Source: Octopus vulgaris
Taxonomy: Eukaryota
NCBI GenBank assembly: GCA_951406725.2
Contig: OX597830.1
Location: forward strand, 16,864,001-16,928,000
DNA length: 64,000 nt
Direction of reading: 5' to 3'
Each line of letters begins with the position of its first letter. Within the stretch, counting starts at the first letter, position 1. A model generated the notes under the pieces. The model made no database searches. It was not told the DNA's origin and worked only from the letters and a program-made list of their open reading frames with translations. Position numbers and translations under genes: made by a program. Below are positions 26,157-38,868 of the stretch, in pieces.

Positions 26157-27787
26157 CTTAAATTAAAAGAAAAAGAAAACTGATATTTAAAGAGAACGCA
26201 TTTATACAAATATTGCCACTCTCTTTTCATAAACTGGTAACTGTTTAAGAGTAACTACACACAGTACCTGGGTGAACAATTCAATTCAATTTTTATATAT
26301 AGTAAATATCTTTCTAAGTTCTAAACCAGGATTTGAAACTGAATCTACATTTTTCTACAAGTTCTTTTCCTAGTGTTCCTGGCTTTTGCACTTAGAAATA
26401 AAAGAGGGAGAAAACATTATTTTTTGAAATGTCCCTTTATTATCATTGTTACAATGCGAGAAGGCTGATGGAAAAAGGAGAGAGAGAAAGAGCAAGAGAA
26501 TCTAGGCAAATAGAGAGGATAGGAGCTGTGTAGTCTCTTGCATAAGATGGTTCCTCCACTGGTACCGAAAGAAAGAAGGAAGAACTGGATTCGCTTTCAG
26601 TATTTATACATGTTGGAATGGTTGATGTAGGAAAGTAGTGAGTTTACCTCTCTCAAACTGTATTTAATCTTAGAATGTTAACTTAAAAGTAGAACTTAAC
26701 TAAGTGTAACAGTTGACTTCCATAAATTTCAAAGTGCAAAAGCCGAGAAGAGTAGCAAAAATTCAGATTTGGTTCAAATCTGGCTTAGAACGTAGTAAGT
26801 TATTTGTTACATATGTATCTTAATTTTGTCAGATATTCTTGGGCTCCCTGATGTCTTATTTCCCTATTCTTTTATTTGTTTCAGTCATTTGATTGCAGCC
26901 ATGCTGGAGCACCACCTTTAGTTGAACAAATCGACCCTAGGGCTTATTCTTTGTCAGCCTAGTACTTATTCTATCGGTCTCTTTCACTGAACTGCTAAGT
27001 TACAGGGACATAAACACACCAGCATCGGTTGTCAAGCGATGTGGGGGGACAAACACAGACGCACAAATGCACTCACACACACACACACATATATATGACG
27101 GGCTTCTTTCAGTTTCTGTCTACCAAATCCACTTTCAAGGCTTTGGTTGGCCTGAGGTTATAGTAGAAGACACTTGTCCAAGGTGCCACGTAGTGGGACT
27201 GAACCCAGAACCATGTGGTTGGTAAGCAAGCTACTTACCACACAGCCACACCTGCGCCTATGTTCATGATTCTAAATACAATTTATTAATAAATTGTTTA
27301 TGCTTAACTATTCCAAAAGTTTCATTACTTATTTGTACACCATGGCATACTATTTCATGCCCATTCGAGTCAACACAACAGAATGACAAACAAATGTAAA
27401 AACTTGAAGCTTTTAACAGAGGCACAAGGTCACAGAGTTTGGTGGTGGTGGTATTGTTTATTACATCAACCCCCATACTTGACTGGTACTTTATTTTATT
27501 GATTTGGAAGGACGAAGGGCAAGGTTGACATCGGTGGGATTTGAACTCAGATCGCAAAGAGACGAAACATTAAAATTTTTTGTCTGATGCCTTAAGTTTT
27601 CTTTACATTTTTTTTGTCCTTCTGTTGTCGATTCCAATGTACACAAGTCATTTTTGACTGAGCAAATCTATCATCAAAAGTATTTGTCATGGCTATTTCA
27701 TCTTCCTCCAGGCACTGCATATCTAGGACTACGTTAACTAATGTGCCTTTCGCGCTCCGAGAAAGTAGGATTTAATTTGGGGAAGAT

Positions 27788-27912
27788 GGTCAAACTAAAG
27801 GCGCACTTTTTTTTTCTCATATTCGTTTAGAGCAAGTTGTTTTACACCCATTACACAATTTTTTTGTTGTTGTTGTTGTTTTTATGCCCGGGTCAGACCC
27901 TTTAGTTTGACC
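27788..27912. mobile_element. 125-bp MITE with 14-bp TIR GGTCAAACTAAAGG and 8-bp TSD GGGAAGAT
   Basis: Perfect TIRs and TSD read directly; lies in FMC1 intron 1. Confidence 0.8.
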
Positions 27913-28441
27913 GGGAAGATTCCTAATGGGTTGAGTAACCATCCAAATCCACGAATCTTTCTGTTACATCTAAAGTGGCAATCGTCACCGCATCTACAAC
28001 AATAAAGTTATCAGGAATTACCTACACGGACCCTCTGAGCATAAAGGGTTCATTTCGAAGTGGTTATATAATTCTTTAAGCAGAAGTACACAGACTTCAG
28101 CTTTTAGAGTACACATTGGCCCTTACCTCCCTTTAAATGTTCTGTGACCTACCAAGGTTGTCCGTGGAGAAATTTAGTTTTAACAACGAAGCCTGAGTTT
28201 TCTGGGAACGGGATAAATGAATTATTACACAGGAATTATGACATGTAATTTAACGTACACACACACGTGCGAGTGTCTCTGGTGAATCTGTTGACAATTA
28301 TTGTTAATTGACGACTTTGGACGAACATGTATGAAAGCGAAACTGAATAAAAGTTTACAGATTTAGAAGGGAAGTCTACAAGAAGGATAAAACATCTTCA
28401 AGAGATGTAAAGATTAGTTATATAAGCACAAATCAACTCAC

Positions 28442-28513
28442 TTTGCCGTAGACATGCCTCAGTTCCCGTATGATGGCCCTCAACAGGGAGAGACTGTTGG
28501 CGTTGGTCGCCAT
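28442..28513 (-). CDS. FMC1: FMC1 (C7orf55 homolog, mitochondrial complex V assembly factor) exon 1
   Basis: ATG at 28513; translates MATNANSLSLLRAIIRELRHVYGK, then a GTGAGT donor (phase 0). LRAIIRELR resembles the FMC1 N-terminal FRGLLRELR motif as recalled for human. Confidence 0.88.
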
Positions 28514-28590
28514 GTAGCAGAAGAAATCTTGGAGATCCTGGAGAGTTCTTCGTCGTCGAAGGGAGATAACTCGTGCTCCTTAGTGACAAA
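28514..28590. promoter_or_regulatory. Compact bidirectional promoter / 5' UTR region shared by FMC1 and IGBP1
   Basis: 77 bp between divergent ATGs; the surrounding ~1 kb is poor in recognisable repeats and retains CpGs. TSS positions are not visible from sequence. Confidence 0.7.
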
Positions 28591-28710
28591 ATGGCACAGA
28601 ATGTGACGGGAAATGGACATGACACGCTCGCTTCGATATTTAAGCAATTGTTAAAGGCTTATGAATATCTGGAGTCGTCTGACCTAGCCACATCAGACCC
28701 TGGATACCAG
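28591..28710 (+). CDS. IGBP1: IGBP1 / alpha4 / TAP42-family PP2A regulator, exon 1
   Basis: ATG in AAAATGG context; MAQNVTGNGHDTLASIFKQLLKAYEYLESSDLATSDPGYQ, then a GTAAAT donor, phase 0. Confidence 0.85.
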
Positions 28711-30783
28711 GTAAATACATCAGATGATGCACAGATGTAGAAATGCAGCTGTTTTTTGTTGTTGTTTTAGATATTCTGTGTCGCTCATTTTTATGCTTTT
28801 GTCAAACCCGGTTTGTTTATCGCTCGTGTAGTCTTCATCACACATGTTAACACTGTTCGTTCTGTAGCCTAATGTTTCCCTTCTCGAAGATATTTATACG
28901 TCCCATAGTAGTGTCATTACAAAATATCCTCAAAAATACCCACACATCGTCAATCAAAACGCAATCTTATGACTAATACACACACACACACACATATACA
29001 TATATATATATATATTTCGGCAATCTTTCGTCTCTAGTAACTGAAATTTTTTTACTCGGTGTATGTGTATATGTATGTATATTACTTCAAAAGTTCCCGC
29101 AAGCCCATATGTAAAAAAAAAAAATTTTTTTTACGGAAATCGACGGAAAGGTCTACTAGAGACGAAAGATCGCCTATGTTTCTTTATTACCCACAATGGG
29201 CTAAACATAGAGGGGACAAACAAGAATAGACAAAGGGTTTAAGTTAATTACATCGACCCCCAGTGCGAAACTGGTACCTTATTTATCGACCCCGAAAGGA
29301 TGAAAGGCAAAGTCGACATACACATCTTCGTGTATGTATGCATAGGTCCCACGTCTCAACCAATGAATATCTCTCGACGCATCTCGAACGTTTGTCTACA
29401 GGTTGTTTGCAAGTCTAGCTCAATAGTTGCCGCTCAAGTTTTCTCTTTATCTACCTCTGTAGTGAACACTTTTGTACACCACCCCATTATACTATTCCAA
29501 CCAACGCGATGTGCATCATCTAGTCGTATCACATGTCCGTATATCTGGCCTCCTTCCATGGCCAGTCACCTCGTTTCCTTTGGTCAGCTTATTCTTCTCA
29601 TTTAACAATTAGTACCTCCACCCGAACCACACCGTGTTATGCGCAATTCTTCGACCCATGCTATCACGCTTCGTGTTTCACTGCCAAACATCAACATACG
29701 TTTTATACACGCTTCTTTCGTATGAGTAAAAAGCGTTTTGTTAAACAACAAATAACTTTCTAATAGTAACGGAGTAACTTCTACGTGGTCGCTCTGCCGG
29801 CAAGAAATAGTAGCCAAATCTTCTTTAGACCACACTCTGTTGTCTTACAAAAAGGAAGGAGATAATGTGGACTTAGACATACTATGTCTAGAAAAAAAAA
29901 AAAAAAGACGAGATCGTCACGGATAGAACGCCTTCGATCATAGATTTGCTCAGTCAGTCCTAACCTAGGGTTAAACAACAATGAATCAAACCTATACAAA
30001 ACAGGTCGTTTACCCTGCTAGAAATAGCAACCAAATCTCCCTCAAATCACTCTTAGAAAAGGGACACATTGGATAGTATAGTACTGGGTGCTCACTGCCT
30101 AGGAAAAAGTTGGGATTGTCACTGCAGGAATGGCTTTGACCATAGGTCATTTACCGAGGGTTAAACAACAAGAACAAACCAGAACAACCTATATTCTTCC
30201 TTCTCCCAAATCCTCTCAGCACAAATAATTTTGATTTAAAATTTTGGCACAAGGCCAGCAATTTCGGGGGAGGGGGTAAGTTGATTATGTCAACCACGGT
30301 GTTCAACTGGTACTTATTTTATCGATCCCCAAAGGATGGATGGTAAAGTCAACCTTGGAATTTGAACTCAGAATGTAAAAACAGACAAAATGCCACTAAG
30401 CATTTTGCCTGGTGGGCAAACGATTCTGCCAGCTCACCACCTTCTCAGCACAAATAATGCTGTGTAATGTCCTTGGGTAGCAACTATTATTTCCTATTTG
30501 CTTACTCCTAGAAGGTATGCGAAATGGGTAATATTTCCTTCAAACTTTGCTTTTTTTACAGTTATCCAAACCCCCAAAGAATCCCTCTCAACACATGGCT
30601 ATGATGCTCCCCCCCACTATTCCTGCTCATGACCAGAGATGCACATATTGTCAGCCACTAAGGGACATACTCAATCGATTAAGGTCAAGCGACTGACAAG
30701 CAAATCTTTGCTGTTGAGCAGAATATTTGCCATAATGATATTTCTGCTTCAGCAACTCAGCTCTGAATCTATCTGAAATGTAA

Positions 30784-31148
30784 TCTCTCTATATATAAAC
30801 GGCAAAATGTCTGTGTGCGTGTCCTCTATACAAATCCACAGTTTTTCAGTTAGAGGGCTCGCACTTTCTATGGTCATTCAAAACCATCCAAGGGTGGTCA
30901 TGCACATCTTTACATTTCCCCAGTCACCCCGCAAAGCCATTAAAAAAATCAATAGAAGTGACTTTTTTGTGAATTTTCTATCCAAAACCCAATCAAAATG
31001 CCCAAAACTTGATACGCCAATTGAATGCCAGCTAGCTGTATGTGACTGGTCGGAGATTTGGACAATACTCGTGTGTATGTGCGCACGCACGCAGCTGTAT
31101 ATGCATGCACTAGCACTATGCCCTGACAACACCGGGTCATAGTGCTAA
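30784..31148 (+). mobile_element. Non-autonomous Helitron (related termini, different interior)
   Basis: A|TCTCTCTATATATAAACGGC start; CCCTGACAACACCGGG hairpin; ends GCTAA|T (mutated CTAG). Confidence 0.72.
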
Positions 31149-31534
31149 TGGAAAATAAATCAGTTTCAAAACATTGATGTCCAGGTTGCAGAAGCTACGT
31201 TTGATGGAAATAATAGTCATTTCCTTTGATTTCTAGACGGAAGCAAATAGGAAATAACATTTACTGACCAAAAACAACACAAAAAATACTAAAATTTTGT
31301 TATGCAGTGTAATATTACAGACTCTCTTCAGTCTGAACAAATTTCTTCAAGGTATACCAGATAAGCTACCTATGCCTGGATGCATCTCAGTCAACAACAA
31401 CTCGCTACTTGAATGAGCCATGACACTACAAATCTTGACTTAACAGATTCTGTCAGTTGGTGCTACTAAGTTAGACATGGCCTGGGCCAATCTTTGGTTG
31501 AAACATATCTAAGTCATATAAGTTATACTTACAT

Positions 31535-31931
31535 AGGCACAGGAGTGGCTGTGTGGTAAGCAAGCTACTTACCAACCACATAGTTCTGGGTTCAGTCCCA
31601 CTGCGTGGCACCTTGGGCAAGTGTCTTCTACTATAGCCTCGGGCTGACCAAAGCCTTGTGAGTGGATTTGGTAGACAGAAACTGAAAGAAGCCCGTCGTA
31701 TATATGTATATACATATATATGTATATGTTTATGTGTCTGTGTTTGTCCCTCCAACATCGCTTGACAACCGATGCTGGTGTGTTTACATCCCTGTAACTT
31801 AGCGGTTCGGCAAAAGAAACTGATAGAATAAGTACTAGGCTTACAAAGAATTAGTCCTGGGGCTGATTTCCTCAACTAAAGGCAGTGCTCCAGCATGGCC
31901 GCAGTCAAATGACAGAAACAAGTAAAAGAGT
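31535..31931 (+). mobile_element. tRNA-derived SINE family A with internal (TA/TG)n and (TAAAAGAG)n tail
   Basis: Head TGGCTGTGTGGTAAG...GGGTTCAGTCCC, then CCTTGGGCAAGTGTCTT. Further copies at ~3833-4195, 4843-5237, 8759-9552, 14925-15305(-), 26870-27260(-), 33626-34020, 39025-39430, 43538-43918(-), 54860-55220. Confidence 0.85.
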
Positions 31932-32448
31932 CCACAATTTTCCCAGCGATGTCACCCTGGCACTATTATCCCAAACGTGAACAGCAAGGATGACCCACTG
32001 CCCTTAAGACCACCAGCATACTTTATAGTCATTGAATACAACTATGTAAAATTCCATTATTTGTATGAAGAAGCCACATTTTGAACAACATGGAATTTAT
32101 CTCGGGAAAACAAGTTCCGATACAGAATTAAGTTCCAGAATTTCAGTTTGCAGTCAAACTGTCCCAGATTGTAACATCTCTACTAAGTTTGGATTTGAGG
32201 ATACACACAACTACGAGGCCATGTAGATTGAAATAGTTAGATTTATCCATGAGTTTACGTTTTTCTGTAAGCTTAATGTTACTTATCACCAAATTATGGT
32301 CTCTCTCTCTCTCTCTCTCTGAATGTTATTGAAGCTGAAAAGACTTTCAACTTCAATGAAATGCTATTTTACTCTGACCTTTGGCATTCAAGTTTTATTT
32401 TCTCCACCTTGTTTTGTACCTATGTATGCATATGTATGTGTATGTATG

Positions 32449-32505
<57 letters not shown>

Positions 32506-33540
32506 TCATACATATGCATGCATACACACAAGCACAAACATGTGAGCACATAGGTACAAAACAAGGTGGAGAAAATAAAACTTGAATGCTAAAGGTCAGA
32601 GTAAAATGTGCCTCTGTTGAAAGCTTCGAGTTATTACATTTGTTTGTCAATGTTTTTCTCCCTCTTTTATTTCTAAGTGCAAAAGCCAAGAACACTATGA
32701 AAAGAACTTGTAGAAAAATGTAGATTCATAAACACACACATCGCCCAGTCTGAGATTCGAACCCGTGATCCCTCGACCCTGAGTCCGCTGCTCTAACCAC
32801 TAAGCCATGTGCCTCCACTACATATATATATATATCTCAGACCGGGCGATATGTGTGTTTATGAGCGAAACACCTAAGCTCCACGCGGCTCCGGCAGAAG
32901 GTAATGGCGAACTTCTGCTGACTCTTTCGCCACAACTTTCTCTCACTCCTTCCTCCTGCATCTTGCAGCTCACCTGCGACAGAACCGGCATCCCGTCCAG
33001 GTGGGGAAGCTATACGCCAAAGAAACCAGGAAACCGGCCCTTATGAGCCAGACATGGCTCGAGAAGGAAATATATATATATATACAGAGAGAGAAAAACA
33101 GAAGGATTTATACACAGACAAACAAACTTGAAAGAGACTAGTGTTGGTCTGCATTGGCAAAACTTGCGTCATTTAGTAAAATTGACAAAACCATTACAGT
33201 GAATGTGCTGTGTCTCTTTAATTTCATTTCTGTCTACTTTTCCCTGAAGAAGGACTCTGTGCAGAACATTAGGTTTTCCACTTCCCATGGCAATTCACTG
33301 TACTCTTTCTTTCAATTATATACATATCATCATCATCATCATCATTTAACATCCACTTTCCCTGCTGGCATGGAATGGACGGTTTGACAAGAGCTGCCCA
33401 GGCTCCAAGTTTGTTTTGGCATGATTTCTACAACTGGATGCTCTTCCTAATGCCGACCACTTCACAGAGTGTACTGGGTGCTTTTACATATCACCAGCAT
33501 GGGTTCGTTTATGGTGCTGCATAAAAGCACCATATAAATA

Positions 33541-33590
<50 letters not shown>

Positions 33591-34016
33591 TATACATACA
33601 CACACACTTATATATATATATATATGAGTGGCTGTGTAGTAAGTAGCTTGCTTACAAACCACATGGTTCCAGGTTCAGTTCCACTGCATGGCACCTTACG
33701 CAAGTGTCTTCTACTATAGCCTCAGGCTGACCAAAGCCTTGTGAGTGGATTTGGTAGACGGAAACTGGAAGAAGCCCGTTGTATATATGTATATACATAT
33801 ATATGTATGTGTATATGTTTGTGTGTCTGTGTTTGTCCCTCCAACATCGCTTGACAATCGTTGCTGGTGTGTTTACATCCCCGTAACTTAGCAGTTCGGT
33901 GAAAGAGACCGAAAGAATAACTACTAGGCTTACAAAGAATAAGTCCTGAGGTTGATTTGCTTGACTAAAAGGCAGGCGCTCCAGCATGACAACACAATCA
34001 AATGACTGAAACAAGT

Positions 34017-34067
<51 letters not shown>

Positions 34068-34466
34068 CTGTATTGAAAGATTGCTCCTATCTCCTTTTTT
34101 TCATTCTGTAGAAGACATGGTCTAGTGGTTAGGGATATTGGGTTCACAATTAGTAGATTGTAAGTTCAACTCTTAAGTTAGGCAGTACACTGTATCCTTG
34201 AGCATGTTAATCCAGTCTGCTCAGCTAAAAATGAGCAACAGCAGCAGCAGCTGGGAGTTAATTCTGTGAGAGTAACAGATTCCTTTTAAATGGGATTAGT
34301 ACTTTCATCATTCACTTAAACAGCTTGAAGACCCTGATAATCTCCAGCCTCATGAGCTATAGGCTTGAGGCAAACTTTTTTCTATCTCCTTCTAACACCT
34401 AGAATTAAGAAATCTTGTTCAGCAGACTCTTTAATTAAATGTAATTTGTTTGTCTGTTTTCTTCAG

Positions 34467-34579
34467 GCAAAGGTGGCCCAATGTATCCCAGAAGCTGAAA
34501 AAGCCGTCCACAAGGTGAACCTCCTGCATTTATTCAGTGATAATGAAGATATTGATGAAGTTACAACGAGCAGTCTAAA
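34467..34579 (+). CDS. IGBP1: IGBP1 exon 2
   Basis: TTTCTTCAG acceptor, GTAAGT donor; AKVAQCIPEAEKAVHKVNLLHLFSDNEDIDEVTTSSL(K) contains the TAP42 LFSxNExxxExxTxxLK motif. Confidence 0.95.
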
Positions 34580-35301
34580 GTAAGTCTCTACCTCTCTCTC
34601 TCTGCCCCACTTAATTTATGTCACACCATCTTTTATGTTTTGTTTCCTGTTGCTATCATTGGTACTTAAAGTTGTCACTTAACCACAAATCAACCCTACA
34701 TGAACCAACCTGTATTTAAAGGTATCCTGGTTGTGACCTTCCCATCTTTCTAGTGGTATCTAGGACTACGTTGTGTACCATTTCTTTTGGTTGAAGGTGG
34801 TAGGCTGTATGATTTGTGGGAGATTTTGCTGCTATTTTCAGCACCTTGTGCAACCACAGAGAGGCTCTCTTGATGACATGTTCCTCCTCCTCCTGTAGAC
34901 AAGGCTGATAAAGCAGAACAGCATCTGGAGTCTCTGCACCAATAACACAAACACCTATCATCCTTCCATTTGTCTCTCACCACATGTCAGCCTCTGTCTT
35001 CAATTATTTAGTCTGTCAGTCTGATACAGGTGATTCTGCTAATAGAATTAATTAATGAAGATACTATGGACGCCACTCAGGTTAATGAAAGAATGAAACA
35101 ATTTTACAGTGCAACCATTATTTAGAATGTCAAATTGTACCACTTTGCAGTATGTATTTCAGGTAGACATGTCCATTAAGAGTAAAGTGTCTTGGTGATA
35201 GACATAACACAAAGCCAGATAGAAATACTTGACAAATTTGGAGTTTTGCTACCTTACATAACTGGTCATCCAGGCTTTGTGTGTGTGGATGTATATTTGT
35301 G

Positions 35302-35334
<33 letters not shown>

Positions 35335-35338
<4 letters not shown>

Positions 35339-35567
35339 TTTATTTAAAGCAGCAGAAAATTCAACAAAACCTGTTACTCTGAGTTTCACGTTCCCGTTCG
35401 TCGGACAGTTTTTGCTAGAAAAAACTGTCCGACGAATGGGAATGTTAAACCCAGAGTAACAGGTTTTCTTGAATTTTCTGCTGCTTTTAAATAAAGCATA
35501 TTACTCTACCACTGGTATTTGAGTACTCTTTTTCCACCTTGTTTCACATTTATGTGTTTACTCCGGT
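35335..35567. mobile_element. Fold-back element with U4C variant hammerhead in each arm, between (TA)n tracts (IGBP1 intron 2)
   Basis: Arms span 35335-35499. Minus 35371-35408 reads CUGU-CCGACGA-ACG GGAA CGU-GAAA-CUCAGAG-UA-ACAG; the plus copy at 35425-35462 is damaged. Confidence 0.68.
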
Positions 35568-35951
35568 ATATATATATATATATATATGTAGGCATATATA
35601 AACAAGTATATATATATACACTGTGAAGGCATGTGGCTTAGTGGTTAGGGCATTCCATTCTCGATCGTAAAGTTGTGAGTTCAATTTCCAGCGATGCATT
35701 TTGTCTTTGGGCAAGACACTTTATTCCATGTTGCTCCAGTCCGCTCAGCTGGCAAAAATGAGCAGTACCTGTATTTCAAAGGGCCAGCCTAGTCACATTG
35801 TATGTCATGCTGAATCTCCCTGAGAACTATGTTAAGGGTACACATATCTGTGGAGTGCTCAGCCACTTGCACGTTAATTTCATGAGCAAGCTGTTCCATT
35901 GACCATATCAGTTGGGACTCTCGTTGTCATAACCAATGGAGTGCTCTTTCT

Positions 35952-36037
<86 letters not shown>

Positions 36038-37134
36038 ATGCATATATATATATGTGTGTGTATATATGTATAAAACAAAATTGGAACAAGAAATAACTCA
36101 AGAGTTACAAGTAGCTAACAGCTAACTTGAAGGAAGATATATATAATACCATATCAAATAAGTTCTCAATTTCATGAGATTGTCTCCACTTAAGGGAAAA
36201 GTAAAAGGTAAAAAAAAACAAAAGAAAACACAAACACTTAGTGGAAATTGTTACAGATTGTAAACATGAGCAGGATATAATTACAAGGACCAATAATTTT
36301 CGAGAATTAACTTGCCATTAAGAAAAACAATCCCTTTTTAATTTTTCTTCCTGCAGACTAGAGGACAACTGTTAACGCGTGCTTCTATTGTAATAACCTT
36401 TATCACTACAACATTGTCCTGCCATGACTCCAACATATAGTATATGTATGTATGTTTAGGTGGAGGCGTGGCTGTGTGGTAAAAAAATTTGTTCTCCAAC
36501 CACATGGTTGTGAGTTCAATTTCACTGCATGATATCTTGGGCTTCTACGATTAATAAGAAATCCAGGCCAACCAAAGCCTTGTGAGTGGATTTTGTGTGT
36601 ATATGTATTGGTGTATGCCTGTGTGTGTGTGTGTTACTCTCTCCTTGTCCTGACATTGTGTGGTAGTTGTAAACGAGTGTCACCGTCGTGTAAGCGGTGT
36701 CCATTGTTTTCAGTCTTCTGTGGAAAAACGTGTTTGGTCATGAGGAAATATTACCTCAATTGAAAACAGGTGAAGGGCATCTAGCCGAAGAAAACCTGTC
36801 TCAGCAAATTCCGTCCTATCCATGCGTGGGGGCTGCGCTTAAGTCCATTACGAGCCCTCTCCGAAAGGTGAGATTGATGTTGCTGATATCCAGCCTGCGC
36901 ATTCGTAAATAAATGTCTGAAGGAAAAATCTGGGCAGAAAGGAAACCGCATGAACAGACACGCAAGTACTTACGTTAAACTCGGCGCTGTATATTATAAT
37001 CCTACTATTCTGCAAACAAGGTGAGTCCTCTCCCTTGCTTGTTATGATTCGTTTTGTCATGGACAAGTCCTCTCCCTTGATTTAAGTGGGCGTTGCAACA
37101 TTTCTACATCGGTTGGATAAAGCCGTTCCCTTGC

Positions 37135-38060
37135 ACTGACGGCGCACCCTGAAGAGCAAATGCAGCACCTCGTGGGCAAAATTTCAAAGAACTGTAAGGA
37201 ATTCAGCCTGACTATCGGTCTGAAGAAGATCAAAGTGATGGGGCCCAGGTGCCAAGCACCCCCACCCCAAGAGCACCATCAACAACTACAAGCTGGGGGT
37301 AGTCCATGAATTCACTTATCTCAGCTCTACCATCGCTGATGACCTCTCCCTTGACCCTGAGATCAACAGGCGAATCAGACAATCATCCTCCACGTTTGCC
37401 AGGCTCAGAAAGAGAGTCTGGGAAAACAAAAACCTGGCTGCAAACACCAAAATTGTTACCTGTAAGGTGTGCATCCTTAGTATGCTACTTTATAGCAGTG
37501 AGATATAGAGCCTCTTATCCGGACAGGAGCAACGTCTCAACGTCCTTCACCTTCGTAATTTGAGACCCATCTTGGACTCAAGTGGACTGACTACATCACC
37601 AACCCCAAAGTCCTCGACCGAGCCAAGATACCCAGCATACTCACCCTGCTCCAACAGTGTCATTTGCACTGACTCGGTCATGTACATCGTATGCCAGACA
37701 GAAGGATCCCAAAAGGCCTCCTGTGTGGGGAATTGGCCACCAGCACAAGAACACAAGGACAACTTCATCTTTGTTTCAAGGACATCTGTAAGAGGGATAT
37801 GAAGTCACTTGATCTGGACATCCTGAGATGGGAGGAGGTTGCAAATGGTCACCCACACGGGAGACAAATACTGCAAAAGGGGATGAAGCGAGTAGAAGAA
37901 AAAATAGGAACTCCTCACCAAAGAAAAGCACACTTGACAGAAGAAAAAATCAGGAGCGCTGGCAGAGAGCTCCTTCAAATGCAGTCATTGTATGCATGAC
38001 TGCCACTCCTGTGTTGGCCTGTATAGTCACAACAGATGGTGCACCACCATCAGCAGGTGA
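37135..38060 (+). mobile_element. Decayed RTE LINE (RT C-terminal half with terminal zinc finger)
   Basis: Frameshifted translation includes FTYLSSTIADDLSLDPEINRRI..STFARLRKRVW, LGHVHRMPDRRIPKGLLCGEL and CSHCMHDCHSCVGLYSHNRWC. Confidence 0.88.
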
Positions 38061-38597
38061 CATGATTCCTTTGGGTGCCTCAACAAAATTCTGTCCAACC
38101 CATGGAAGCATGGAAAGTTAGTCCACATTTGTCTGTGAGGCTCATTGGGCTGTGACTATTTCATGCCACTGGATACAATCTTGGGCTATCTCCTTGATTT
38201 CAGACCAAGAGAGACCTACTGCTTTCACTTCATCCTCCAAGCATCCTCTCCAAGTCTTCTTAAGTCATCCATCCTTAAGTCTTCCTTCCTTCCTCTTTCT
38301 TTCTTTCTTTTGCTAGTCTAACACCTGTCTTACAGGGCTACTTGGATGTCTCCTTAGAATGTGACTGATCCAGCCCCATTTTCTTTTCAGAATTTCGTGA
38401 TTTGTGGGAGTTTGGTTCATTCTATCCCCAAAACATTTATTTAAAATATGCATGGAAAAGCGAATGTAAAAACAATGATAATGATGATGATCATCATCAT
38501 CATTGAATAATGGTTGAAATACTAATCTCATTTGAAATACTAATCTGCATCTACTTGTCAAAGAATGATTTTTGTTTTCTTTCCTTCTGATTTCTAG

Positions 38598-38682
38598 GTT
38601 TATCTTACTGCCAGCTTTGCTTGGTTATTTCACAATGAAACAAATTGAAGGAGAACGTTCGGAAATTGTCCAGAAAGGAAAA
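38598..38682 (+). CDS. IGBP1: IGBP1 exon 3
   Basis: TTTCTAG acceptor, GTGAGT donor; FILLPALLGYFTMKQIEGERSEIVQKGK; phase matches exon 2. Confidence 0.93.
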
Positions 38683-38719
38683 GTGAGTTGATTTGGGGCA
38701 ACAGCAACAGAAGTGTCAC

Positions 38720-38868
38720 AACTATCACTACAACACCATCACCACTACCATCACCACCACTACCATCACCACCACTACCATCACCACCACCATCACCACC
38801 ACTACCACCACTACCATCACCACTACCACCACTACCATCACCACTATTACCACCACCACCACCACCAC
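38720..38868. repeat. (ACC/ACT/ATC)n trinucleotide tract just downstream of IGBP1 exon 3
   Basis: Read directly. Confidence 0.92.
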
